A stretch of DNA of 64,000 nucleotides from a virus (taxonomy: Duplodnaviria > Caudoviricetes). The DNA is taken from positions 1 to 64,000 of IMG/VR virus record IMGVR_UViG_3300031853_000013; one strand, written 5' to 3'. Shown in pieces: positions 53,293 to 63,169 of the stretch. The notes beneath the pieces were generated by a model, which did no database searches, had not been told where the DNA came from, and saw nothing but the letters and a program-made list of their open reading frames with translations. The number at the start of each line of letters is the position of its first letter. Positions within the stretch are counted from its first letter, which is position 1. The position numbers were made by a program, and so were the translations under genes.

Positions 53293-54279
53293 TTAAATCC
53301 TCCCAGGTTTAAAGTTTATCGAAATAAATCCCTTGCCTCGAACTTGTAACTCGAGCTCGTTCGTTCCGGTAAAATTACTAACGATGTACCTCGGAATCGG
53401 TTTGCCATTAACATTTCCAGTATACGAGTCATAGTCACCGCTTCCACCGATGTCAATTCCTAGCTCTTTGTTGTAGAACCTAATCTGCATTTCTTCATAA
53501 CTTCCATCTTGTTTTTTGTCAGGATGCAGACTTAGAATGATCGTAACCGGCATATTACCAATCACGTTGGTCAGTATATCACGTCGATCTTTATAGCCAT
53601 GATAGGTTCCGTCGTCTTCAGTCTCATCACCGTCAAACCGCTGGTAGTTCGTTCGAATTATCCATTCCCAATCATTTACCGTTAGATCGTCCGCGGTTAC
53701 CCGATGATAGTATGGGTTCCAGCATTCAGTCGGCATTCGCTGAGCGATTGTTCCGGATCGGAAATTGAACGGATCCCAAAGCCAATCGCCAAGGATGTCA
53801 TACAGCCGATACTTGTATGGTTCAAGATTGTAGTTAAGTGTTATCGTGGATCTCGTTTTCCCAGTAGACCATGACCCTACACTCCATCTACCGGCATAAT
53901 ACCACTCGGGATCTTCTTCGTAAACGCAAAACAATCGCTTTCCGTGAACCGATCCGAGAATATCTGAGTATGCCTCTTGCCAATTTCGAAAATCGTTAAC
54001 GACCGCAAAATCGAACGAGCCAGTTCTATTACCAAACGTAGGATATCCAGTAATCGCCTGAGACAGGTCAATTACGCCATTCATTCCATCAATTTTGACT
54101 TCGGTTTTATGCAATTCGGGAGGAGCGAAGGCGGGCCGCTCGGTTGGAACGATCCGCCAATGATCCCACGTGTTTCTAGTGATTTCCAAGTCGTAAGATT
54201 TACGTACATCGCTACCAGGATCGGGCTGGTAAACGCCTTTAACGTAATTAGGATCTATAAATGTTAACGAATAATACAT
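53293..54279 (-). CDS. Distal tail protein (Dit-like)
   Basis: Directly after TMP; IDGMNGVIDLS, DPEWYYAGR, LEPYKY. Confidence 0.75.
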   Translation of the reverse strand: MYYSLTFIDPNYVKGVYQPDPGSDVRKSYDLEITRNTWDHWRIVPTERPAFAPPELHKTEVKIDGMNGVIDLSQAITGYPTFGNRTGSFDFAVVNDFRNWQEAYSDILGSVHGKRLFCVYEEDPEWYYAGRWSVGSWSTGKTRSTITLNYNLEPYKYRLYDILGDWLWDPFNFRSGTIAQRMPTECWNPYYHRVTADDLTVNDWEWIIRTNYQRFDGDETEDDGTYHGYKDRRDILTNVIGNMPVTIILSLHPDKKQDGSYEEMQIRFYNKELGIDIGGSGDYDSYTGNVNGKPIPRYIVSNFTGTNELELQVRGKGFISINFKPGRI

Positions 54280-54284
54280 TACCT

Positions 54285-57200
54285 TTAACCCCCTCTCCTT
54301 GTTCTAGTAGCTCTCTGTCCAAGCGCCTGATCCATTGGACCGACAAGTTCGCCGACAAGTACACCGGTGTCAAGTCGTACGTCAGTGTCTGCGAATCCTT
54401 GTGCCATCTCGTTCAATCGCTCGTTAAGTTGTGTGATAGCGTTAATTACGTTAGTGTCGTCATACGGTTCAGGCTGGTTTTCAGCCATCATAGATTCGAA
54501 GTCATACGCATCCATGTTAGCAAGAGAATTAGTAGTATCCAGTGAGAACGCCGATGCGCCATCACCGAACATACTGCCAAAGTCGAAACCACCCGCATAA
54601 TCCTCGTACTGGAGATTATCCATATCGAGAACCGGGGTGATAGTCATAGTCGGGTTTTCTTCCGCCTCATACTGTGAAAGTACGTCGGCAAAGTTGTACA
54701 TATTAGAGGTGTCGATCTCGGGCTGCGGGATCTGCGCCATAGACTCGGTGAAAGCACTAGTGTCTATTTCGGGCATCTTAAATTTCTGATCGAACAAAGA
54801 TTGAGTGTTATTACGCATATCCTCAACCTGTGCCTTCATGTTGTCCTTTACATTAGACACGCTTGCTTCAGCTTCCGGTCCGGATTCCTCAACGCCGTTC
54901 TTGAATCCTTCCATAACCAGCTGACCTTGCTCTTCAGCCCAGTGAGACGGAGAACCCATGATGAATCCAAGAGGACCAACGATGATGTTCTTTATGCCAT
55001 CGACAAAACCAGTAACCGCGTCTGTCATTTTGCTAGCTTCATCTTCATCGGTAAAACCAAGGAAGAATCCATGGATAAGATCCTTGCCGGCTTTCTTGAA
55101 GTCTTCGATCTTTCCTTTAATGTCAGTAACCAGATTATCAATCTTTTCGATGATGTAATCGCGTATTTCTTGCTGACCCAGTTTAATACTATCCCATAGA
55201 TCAAGGATCCACGCCCATACAGACATCAAGATACCCCAGAGCCATTTACCGAGATCAGTTACTAAACAAGTAAAGAATTCAGCAATAAGGTTTCCGAGTT
55301 CCTCAGGCCAATGGAACAGCCAATAAAGTCCCGTTTCAATCCATCCGTCAAATGTCTCAAGTGCCTTCTGTAACCAGGTGCCAGCGGATTCAAAAGCATC
55401 GTATAACCACGCCCCGAAGTTCTCGAGGGCCTTATAAGCATCGCTCTCTTCCCACTTCATCCAGAGTTTGCCGAGCGTCGCTATAAGTAATCCCCATAAA
55501 GCTTCCAAGAGATGAACTATACCTTCAGCCAGTGATTCCTGATTATTTTCTATTGCTACGGCCAACGCCTCGATGATCGCGGCAATAAGTTTAACGAGCT
55601 CTTCAACTACGGGACCTATATTAGCTGCTGTTACTCTAAGAATATCTGCTAAACTCTGAAGTAAAAATGCTATAAACGGTCCCAGCATAGTTAATGTTGA
55701 AGCAGCGATGACCCCTAAGAAAGCGCCTATCTTTGCTGTAATAAATGGTACATTGATGATCATCCAGTCCATGAAATTCAGGAATGCATTCATAGCAGAA
55801 TTCAAAACCTGTGGATCAAATATACTATCAAAGAAATTAGCAAGCACATCACCACCATTACTACCTATCTGCTGTATAAGACTATAAAGTCTCTTAGCCG
55901 CGTCTACAAACACCCATACAGCAGCTGCAGTGGCTAACAGAGCTCCAGCAAATATCAAGAAGTTTAGTGCGAAGGAGGAAATATTGAACTTTGCAACTAC
56001 GTTAAGTCCCTTTGGCGCAGCTATCGCTGACATGAAACCAAATACCACAATCAAAGCAGCCACGATGCTACCGATCGTCTTAATCGCTGATAGACCTCTC
56101 TCTAGAGAAGTATCATCAAGTTGGCCTAACGTCGCTACTAGTCCAGCGAACGCATACATAGTAGTAGTTATGATAGCCATCGCACCACCGAGAACGATCA
56201 GACCGCCAATACGTCCACCAAGACTAGTACACAATGTAGCCAGCAGCATAAACGCGCCAACGATTCCTGACAATTGAATAATATCAAGTATTGCCTCGTC
56301 CATAGCATCTTCGCCATATCGATTATGCAATATTACTAAGCCAGCTAGAGCACCGACCATAGCGTCAATAGTAGCGCCGATAGCCATCATAATAAGTCCA
56401 ATAGATCCTATTTTGGTAGTTTTAGCGAGTGCAGTAATACCTATCATTGTAGCCAGCATAAGTATTACACCAGACATAATTGTGATCATGGCGCCTATAG
56501 CTGCTTTCATAGAGCCTTCTTTTGCCATATCAGCAGCCGCTACAAGACCTACGAATCCACCAATCATAATATCAATAGCTACAGCAATAAGCATCATGGT
56601 AGCTCCGACACCTTGCAACTGTACAATAGGGAATTTAGACAGCACAACGACAAGTCCAGCTATCAACGATACCATAGCGGTAACAACTGCCATAGCTGGG
56701 AAGAAATCGCTGAGGCTTTTTCCGTCTTTAGACAGCATACCTATAGCAAGAATGAGGCCACCTATAGCTAGCGATATTTTGAAAATGTTATTACCAACGT
56801 TCTCCATGTTCTGAAGCGGCATACTAGCCATACCTTTGAACAAAAGTTTAAACGCACCGATAATAACATACATTGCCGCCAATCCTGGTCCAAGCTCATC
56901 AGTTTTCATAGAGCCCAGAAGTGCTATAGCTCCAGCGATCATGAGCACCGACGCCGCAATAGCAAACATAGTGCCGGCAACAGTCTTACCAGCAACGGCC
57001 GCCATAGCTTTAGTCATACCAGACATAACCGAATTAAGAGTAACCATAAGCATAATGACTGAACCGAGAGCACGACCGAGCTGATCTTCTGGTACATAAG
57101 CAAGCGCTGTAAGTGCAAGGGCCAAAATGCCAATAGCTAGAGCCACGTTGATAATCATCTGAGACTTCATAAACTTTCTGAAGTCACCAAAAGCCGCACC

Positions 57201-59954
57201 AACTGTCTCTAGTGTGTCTACGATTCCATCTTTAATTTCGAAAATTACATCGGTAACTTTCTTAACGTTTTGGATGGCCTTGAAACCCTCAATAACGCTT
57301 AATGTCAAGCCAAGTGCTGAAACAATGCCAGTTACATCTCCAAGGCTGAGATTACTGAATATCTTACTGATACCATCTCCGACCTTCTGTAAAACACCTT
57401 CAGCGTCAGAGGGAATATTTTTGATCGTGGTTGACAGTTCTCCTACTGCATCGGACGTGTCTTTGACATTGGTTGCTGCCGTTTTAAGATTACTAAATAC
57501 GGTAGTTATGTTTTCGAATATTGACTTAGATTTGTCAGTTCCTTTAAACAAATTTGTTACATTACTGATGTCTGTATTACTAAGATCGGTAATCGCTGTT
57601 TTGACGGTATTTATGGTGTTAACTAATTGATCCCACATCGTATACAGATCAATGCCGGTGGTATCCTTTAGCCAATCCGCAAACGTATTCATCGCTTTTC
57701 TAAAATTCTCACCGAAATTATCAATGAAGTTATTGATCGAATCTGCGGCGCCATCGATCCAGCCGATAATAGTCTCGACGTCCATGGTATTCTTGACGAA
57801 GTCCATAGCACCTTCAGCAGCATCGCCAAACGCACTGCCGGCAGGAAGGATCTTCTCAATAAGATGACCGAAGACTTTACCTACAGCCTCAAAAATGGCG
57901 AGACCTATTCTGAAACCACCGACGAGGCCATCCCACAAACCTTTAACAATATTGATTACGGTTTCAGATGCTTCAAATTTATCAGCAAGATTCTCAACAA
58001 ACCCGGCTACCTTATCAAATATACCTCCAATGGTATCCATAACCACACTGAGCTGATCGGTCTCATCTTCTGTGCCGACCATAGCGTCAGTCACGGTGAA
58101 TAATTTGTCGGCGATTGTGATAACAGCTTTAATAACCGATCCAGCCACTTTAGCAAAGCCTTTAAACACGGTAAGACCGATTTTTACTACCTTAAATATA
58201 GCAGTGAACGCGGCTTTAATGGTGGGGAGATGTTTGTCGGAAATATAAAGCTGAGTCGTCATGTCTTTGACTTTCAACGTAAAGTCTAAAAGCGACTTAC
58301 GGAGATTCATAGGAAATACCTCGTTGAAAGCCTCCTTGATAGGTTCCACGATTTCAGCCAGACTATCCCATATATCTACAAGTATACCAGAATACTCGGT
58401 AACCTTCTCGGTTTCATACACGATGTTACCATAGGTATCCTTTAATACCTCACCGTCTTCGTTAACCTTAGCAATCTTTTCGCCGTTCTCATCAAGAACG
58501 AAGTTAGTTTTCTCGATAGCATCAAACCAGGTACTTCTACCACCGATCTTCGCGCTATAGCTATACCAGAACTTCAAAGCCTCGTTTCTTGCATTATTGA
58601 ACGGCTCGATGATACCAGTAATCGCATTATTGACCGCCGTCCAGAGTTTGGGAGCATCAGTAAAACCGCCTACAATATACTGCCATGTTTCAGTCCATCC
58701 AGACTGTGCGGCTTCCTTGAGAGCATCCCACATCTGTGTGAACGTACGAACCTTCGTAGCAGCATCAGTAGCTACCGTACCGAGATCCATAATCTCTTTA
58801 ACCGCTTCGTCAGAATATCCAAGATCTTTCCAGTAAGCCTCATCGAAGTCACCGGCAAACTTAGCCAAGGTTTCGCTAAGTACATCGGTTGTTAACCAGT
58901 TTTGTGCGAGAGATTCACGGAAGCTTCCTTCACCCGTTATAAGTTCATCGATACTTCCGTATCCAGTATCTTCAATCACTGCTCGATAACTATCATCGAC
59001 TTCCATGAGGTGTTCAGCAGTAGCCTTTAACGCATCCTGGAATGTCTTACCACCCATACCAGCAGTATGCTCTAAGCTCATCCAGTCCTGAAGTCTAACA
59101 CGTCCAGTAGCAAGAGCCTGAGACAACTGGAACATCGATCGAGAAGCATCCGAAGCCGGAGCGCCTACGTATGCGGCAAGGTTAGCGATACCCTTTACAG
59201 AACGAGCAGAAGTATCAACATCAATACCGGCCGTGGTAAACTGACCAATAGCCTGAGTCATCTGAGTAAAGTTGTAGATAGTCTTATCTGCGTACAGATT
59301 CAAATTATCAAGAACTTCCTCGATATGTTCAACGGTTGTACCACTGGATTTAGCTATCTCATCGTTAAAATCGTCCATGGATTTCGCAGTGCCATTAGCA
59401 AGTTTATTAACCATGGACTGAACGGTGCCATAATCAAGTCCTGCGGCAGCAAGAGCATCCACTCGAGCCTTACCATTACCGTAAATGTTCGGACCGAACC
59501 AAATCTTGTTAACAGCCTCAAGCGACTCGGCCATGGACTTAGCAGAGTCAGCAGCGTCCTGGTTTAAGGCACCTGTATTAGCTGCAATAACCTGGATCGA
59601 GTTCATCTTGGTCTCATACTCTTGGAAGCCGGTTGTAATCGGATCTACAGCGAGAGCCTTTACAATATTTTTGCCGAGATTGATAGCACTATCGGCGATT
59701 CGGTCAAAGATTTTCAGAACGGTCACATCGAGTAACGAGAAATTAGCATGAACTTGAGAGATGCCGTCGTTAAGTCCCTTGAAACTTATATGATTAGCCG
59801 CTTTTTCAATAGAATCGAAACCCTCTGCAGCCTTTTCAAGTTTTAGAGCCTTCTTAAGTTTGTCGATAGTAGAGAGTGACTCTTTAACGTTTTTCTCAAA
59901 CCTTGAGTTGTCGAATTGCATTCGAACAATTCTTTCATCAACGTTGTTTGACAT
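54285..59954 (-). CDS. Tape measure protein
   Basis: 1889 aa; LNLYADKTIYNF...QLSQALATG tape-measure domain; long Ala/Gly hydrophobic helical region. Confidence 0.92.
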   Translation of the reverse strand: MSNNVDERIVRMQFDNSRFEKNVKESLSTIDKLKKALKLEKAAEGFDSIEKAANHISFKGLNDGISQVHANFSLLDVTVLKIFDRIADSAINLGKNIVKALAVDPITTGFQEYETKMNSIQVIAANTGALNQDAADSAKSMAESLEAVNKIWFGPNIYGNGKARVDALAAAGLDYGTVQSMVNKLANGTAKSMDDFNDEIAKSSGTTVEHIEEVLDNLNLYADKTIYNFTQMTQAIGQFTTAGIDVDTSARSVKGIANLAAYVGAPASDASRSMFQLSQALATGRVRLQDWMSLEHTAGMGGKTFQDALKATAEHLMEVDDSYRAVIEDTGYGSIDELITGEGSFRESLAQNWLTTDVLSETLAKFAGDFDEAYWKDLGYSDEAVKEIMDLGTVATDAATKVRTFTQMWDALKEAAQSGWTETWQYIVGGFTDAPKLWTAVNNAITGIIEPFNNARNEALKFWYSYSAKIGGRSTWFDAIEKTNFVLDENGEKIAKVNEDGEVLKDTYGNIVYETEKVTEYSGILVDIWDSLAEIVEPIKEAFNEVFPMNLRKSLLDFTLKVKDMTTQLYISDKHLPTIKAAFTAIFKVVKIGLTVFKGFAKVAGSVIKAVITIADKLFTVTDAMVGTEDETDQLSVVMDTIGGIFDKVAGFVENLADKFEASETVINIVKGLWDGLVGGFRIGLAIFEAVGKVFGHLIEKILPAGSAFGDAAEGAMDFVKNTMDVETIIGWIDGAADSINNFIDNFGENFRKAMNTFADWLKDTTGIDLYTMWDQLVNTINTVKTAITDLSNTDISNVTNLFKGTDKSKSIFENITTVFSNLKTAATNVKDTSDAVGELSTTIKNIPSDAEGVLQKVGDGISKIFSNLSLGDVTGIVSALGLTLSVIEGFKAIQNVKKVTDVIFEIKDGIVDTLETVGAAFGDFRKFMKSQMIINVALAIGILALALTALAYVPEDQLGRALGSVIMLMVTLNSVMSGMTKAMAAVAGKTVAGTMFAIAASVLMIAGAIALLGSMKTDELGPGLAAMYVIIGAFKLLFKGMASMPLQNMENVGNNIFKISLAIGGLILAIGMLSKDGKSLSDFFPAMAVVTAMVSLIAGLVVVLSKFPIVQLQGVGATMMLIAVAIDIMIGGFVGLVAAADMAKEGSMKAAIGAMITIMSGVILMLATMIGITALAKTTKIGSIGLIMMAIGATIDAMVGALAGLVILHNRYGEDAMDEAILDIIQLSGIVGAFMLLATLCTSLGGRIGGLIVLGGAMAIITTTMYAFAGLVATLGQLDDTSLERGLSAIKTIGSIVAALIVVFGFMSAIAAPKGLNVVAKFNISSFALNFLIFAGALLATAAAVWVFVDAAKRLYSLIQQIGSNGGDVLANFFDSIFDPQVLNSAMNAFLNFMDWMIINVPFITAKIGAFLGVIAASTLTMLGPFIAFLLQSLADILRVTAANIGPVVEELVKLIAAIIEALAVAIENNQESLAEGIVHLLEALWGLLIATLGKLWMKWEESDAYKALENFGAWLYDAFESAGTWLQKALETFDGWIETGLYWLFHWPEELGNLIAEFFTCLVTDLGKWLWGILMSVWAWILDLWDSIKLGQQEIRDYIIEKIDNLVTDIKGKIEDFKKAGKDLIHGFFLGFTDEDEASKMTDAVTGFVDGIKNIIVGPLGFIMGSPSHWAEEQGQLVMEGFKNGVEESGPEAEASVSNVKDNMKAQVEDMRNNTQSLFDQKFKMPEIDTSAFTESMAQIPQPEIDTSNMYNFADVLSQYEAEENPTMTITPVLDMDNLQYEDYAGGFDFGSMFGDGASAFSLDTTNSLANMDAYDFESMMAENQPEPYDDTNVINAITQLNERLNEMAQGFADTDVRLDTGVLVGELVGPMDQALGQRATRTRRGG

Positions 59955-59955
59955 G

Positions 59956-60336
59956 TTACGACGTTACCTCCTTCCAAGCGTCTTTGGCAATTTTATCGAA
60001 CACCGGTTTAAGCGCCGGATTAATGTAATCGATGCCTTGAATGTAATATCCATTACCAGTAGCATGACCGTACTGAATAAGTAAGGCTATCGATATGCGT
60101 TCGCGAGCCATATTTGAGTTTTTCCAGTAAATGTTATACTTACCGCCAGATTTCTCAATCTCATAGCTCCACGAGGCGGCGGTTTTACCAGTTCGTTTTG
60201 GGGTGGCTTCTTCTAGTGCTTTTACACCCATTTCGCCATATTTAGCAAGCTTCTTCAAAAATTTGCCTTGTCTCATATTTGTAAGATAAGACGTAGTTTT
60301 CTGGAAGTCGCCTTTATGCATAAAACTTACTCCCAT
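59956..60336 (-). CDS. HK97 gp10-like neck/tail completion protein
   Basis: ATPKRTGKTAASW...IQYGH. Confidence 0.6.
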   Translation of the reverse strand: MGVSFMHKGDFQKTTSYLTNMRQGKFLKKLAKYGEMGVKALEEATPKRTGKTAASWSYEIEKSGGKYNIYWKNSNMARERISIALLIQYGHATGNGYYIQGIDYINPALKPVFDKIAKDAWKEVTS

Positions 60337-60391
60337 TTTGAATTATTTGCACCTCCGCCCTAAAGAGCTAAAAAAATAAGACTTGTAAATT

Positions 60392-60931
60392 TTAATGTTT
60401 ACGTCGTGCAGCATTAGCCGCAGCGTTTTGTTTTAGAATATCACTCTTGGACATCTTCTTACTGCCCTGACTCTTAATATTGCATATACGTATAAGAGTA
60501 AGTAGCCGATTCAAATGCCATTTCTGACATTCAAATGGTATTCCATGCTCTACCATCCAGTAGTATATCAGCTCTGAGGTTATAGCCGAAGATCGACCGG
60601 TAGCGTGAACATTAACACCATTAGGACGTTTGCTGAACCACGTAGCCGTCATTTCGTCGTTAATGTAATCATTGATCGATTTTAATAACGCTGGCGGCAT
60701 ATTATCGTATATGATTTTATCAGCTTCTTGTCCTAATGTCATACAGCGTATATAGTCTGCCATCTCGGCCTTCGTATGAGACTTTGCTATAAATGGTTTC
60801 TTCCATTTAGCTTCCCATTTAGACACAGATAGCAGACTATGCTCCAGCGACAGAGATACAGGTTTCGTATAGACAAACTCGTTCGTCTTCGAAATGTATA
60901 ACTCCATCGCTGGTACATATATCTTAAGCAT
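60392..60931 (-). CDS. Probable tail assembly chaperone (second)
   Basis: Position upstream of TMP; SELIYYWM...WHLNRLLTLI. Confidence 0.5.
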   Translation of the reverse strand: MLKIYVPAMELYISKTNEFVYTKPVSLSLEHSLLSVSKWEAKWKKPFIAKSHTKAEMADYIRCMTLGQEADKIIYDNMPPALLKSINDYINDEMTATWFSKRPNGVNVHATGRSSAITSELIYYWMVEHGIPFECQKWHLNRLLTLIRICNIKSQGSKKMSKSDILKQNAAANAARRKH

Positions 60932-60943
60932 ACCCGTCTCGCA

Positions 60944-61387
60944 TTAGTGATTCTGAGTGATAGCGGGATGGTTCTGCTTGTCTTCGATAGCCTTCTGCTC
61001 AGCCATAGCAGCCTTGAGACTCTCCGGCATAATACCGTTCATGAACTCCGCGGCCTTATCGGGGTCAGTGATAAGCTCCATATAAAGCTTGGAGAACGCC
61101 TCAGTCTGTATAAAGTCATTAACCAAATTATAGCCGTCCTTATCAGTCTTTCTGAAGAACTTGCCGTCGGTAGACTTCTCGCCGTAGCTGAGCGTGATGA
61201 TATCCTTGAAGATTTTTGCCAGTGTCTTGTTATCACGAGCATTAGCGATGGACTTTACCCACTCGGTATAGCCGCCGTTCTCGGACAGCTGGAGCTGAGT
61301 GATTTCAGCCTCTGTAAGATTGAAGAAAAAGTCCTCCGTACAGGACACTCCATTGAAATCATCGTAAGTGATTGTCTTCTTAAGCAT
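60944..61387 (-). CDS. Probable tail assembly chaperone
   Basis: Position; TITYDDFNG...FFFNLTEAE...FIQTEAFSKL. Confidence 0.55.
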   Translation of the reverse strand: MLKKTITYDDFNGVSCTEDFFFNLTEAEITQLQLSENGGYTEWVKSIANARDNKTLAKIFKDIITLSYGEKSTDGKFFRKTDKDGYNLVNDFIQTEAFSKLYMELITDPDKAAEFMNGIMPESLKAAMAEQKAIEDKQNHPAITQNH

Positions 61388-61424
61388 AACTAATTACCTC
61401 CATTTTGATTTGTTTTAAGATTTA

Positions 61425-61751
61425 TCAGACTCTGGTAACGTGTTTATCAGAGATCTTGATCCACTGATTAGGTCCAATGCATCCGAAACCATTCTCTTCT
61501 GCGATGATAGTGAGCGGCGGATCTTTCGGCCACCCGAAAGTAGAGTTAACTATCTTAGAATCGGGTCTCGGCTCAGTGTAGATACAAAGAACTACCCCTT
61601 CGTTGATAACTACGTGAAAATCAGAAAACGGTTTCTCTACCGGAGTATCAATGATCTCCTCGATAGATTCAGCCGCCTCTTCAACGTCGGTACTTTCATT
61701 AACCAGGTCTGCATCTGGTTTGTTAGAAAGATCATCAATGATCAATGCCAT
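61425..61751 (-). CDS. Small protein with SH3-like C-terminus
   Basis: TIIAEENGFG...QWI resembles the endolysin SH3 tail. Confidence 0.5.
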   Translation of the reverse strand: MALIIDDLSNKPDADLVNESTDVEEAAESIEEIIDTPVEKPFSDFHVVINEGVVLCIYTEPRPDSKIVNSTFGWPKDPPLTIIAEENGFGCIGPNQWIKISDKHVTRV

Positions 61752-61775
61752 TATTAGTCCCTCCTTATAATTAAA

Positions 61776-62666
61776 TTAGATACGCTTAACGTATGCAGAG
61801 CTAAGAGAAATCCATCCGGCGCCAGAGATAAGTCTTCCCCAGCCGTTTTTCTCCTCAACGATCGAATAGATCTGGTTCTTATATACAACCGTCGTAGCCT
61901 TATACTTAACACCAGGTCCCGAACGAACATTCAATGCATGACAAATAACCTTTACGTTATACAGCTTTGTATTAGTCGGAGTTGTGGATTTTGCAGCGGG
62001 TGCCGGGGTGGGAGTAGGAGTCGGCTGTGTTGTAGGAGCGTTGGTCTTCGCAAAGCCATTCTTACCAGACGCCTTGATGATCGTCGGGAAGTCCTGATAA
62101 CACTCATCGAGGTCTACATGACCGTTAATGCCACTGATGGAACCTTTATCGGACTTCTGCCAGATAGCATATGGATCGGGATAATTGGTCTTGTTGACAC
62201 CATAATGGGCAATCCACATGGTGTATTTCTGTCTCGTAACAGTAGAAATGTTATCTACCAGCGGATAACGAGAACCGTAGATACCCACAAAATATCCAGC
62301 GGCCTCGAGTTCCGAGCAGAACACCTCAACAATCTCGGTAACGGCAGTCTTACTGAGAGCAAGCTGCTTATTATCCTCGACATCCATATAGATCGGATAC
62401 TCAAACTGTTTACCGGAGAGGGCCTTGATGCAAGCCTTTGCCTCAGACCGTGCCGCAGCAGGAGTGAGAGCTTTGGAATACCAGTAAGCACCACAGGGGA
62501 TGTCGTGTGCCTTACACTCTCGGTAGTTTCTCTCATACTTGACATCTGTCGCAGTACCGATACCAGCTCGCATGATAATAAACTGTGCCTTGGGATCAGT
62601 CTTTACCTTGCTGAAATCCGGTTCGCCCTGCCATTTTGAAATGTCAATGCCATAAACAGTAGCCAT
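61776..62666 (-). CDS. Endolysin, GH25 muramidase plus SH3b
   Basis: GIDISKWQG, YMDVE, WIAHY, WQKS, VDLD; PT linker; LNVRSGPG. Confidence 0.92.
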   Translation of the reverse strand: MATVYGIDISKWQGEPDFSKVKTDPKAQFIIMRAGIGTATDVKYERNYRECKAHDIPCGAYWYSKALTPAAARSEAKACIKALSGKQFEYPIYMDVEDNKQLALSKTAVTEIVEVFCSELEAAGYFVGIYGSRYPLVDNISTVTRQKYTMWIAHYGVNKTNYPDPYAIWQKSDKGSISGINGHVDLDECYQDFPTIIKASGKNGFAKTNAPTTQPTPTPTPAPAAKSTTPTNTKLYNVKVICHALNVRSGPGVKYKATTVVYKNQIYSIVEEKNGWGRLISGAGWISLSSAYVKRI

Positions 62667-63016
62667 TAGTCGTTACCTCCTCCCATGAGATACAGAAGAA
62701 TAAAAAGTAAAAGCATGTCCCGCGAATCAGACTTAAAAGCGTCCGGGATACGAGTCTCCTCGATTCGGTTCTCGAAGCTGGGGAGATTGTACTTGATGTC
62801 GAACGTTGTTGCTCGTGCGATAAGGACGGACAGGTACTTACCCATGGCATCGTATTGTTCCTGAAGCAAAGAATACTCGGGAGAATCCTCGCCGATCTTC
62901 TTCAGATGCTTCTCGAGACCATACATACGCAGGTCGCACTGTTCGATCTCTGCGACGAGCCGCTCCTTCCAGTCGTCTGACATCATTCCGTCAATGGTGT
63001 CCCTTAAAGTCTTCAT
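62666..63016 (-). CDS. crAss001_48-like coiled-coil phage protein
   Basis: MMSDDWKERLVAE...LLQEQYDAMGKYLSVLIARA. Confidence 0.6.
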   Translation of the reverse strand: MKTLRDTIDGMMSDDWKERLVAEIEQCDLRMYGLEKHLKKIGEDSPEYSLLQEQYDAMGKYLSVLIARATTFDIKYNLPSFENRIEETRIPDAFKSDSRDMLLLFILLYLMGGGND

Positions 63017-63169
63017 TTTTATTTACCTCCTTAGAATTTTGTTTACGATTTCGCGTTCCAGTTGCTCTCATAATATTTATTTCTAATTACGAGAGCAACG
63101 GTGTGTCCTTCTGGCTGATTGTCTAGCCATACCATGCACAGATGACATCAAACTCCACGTCGGACGCCT

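Noticed and set aside
60392-61387. Programmed frameshift between the tail chaperone genes
   Set aside because: No XXXYYYZ slippery site is apparent at the end of 60944-61387, and the second gene has its own ATG
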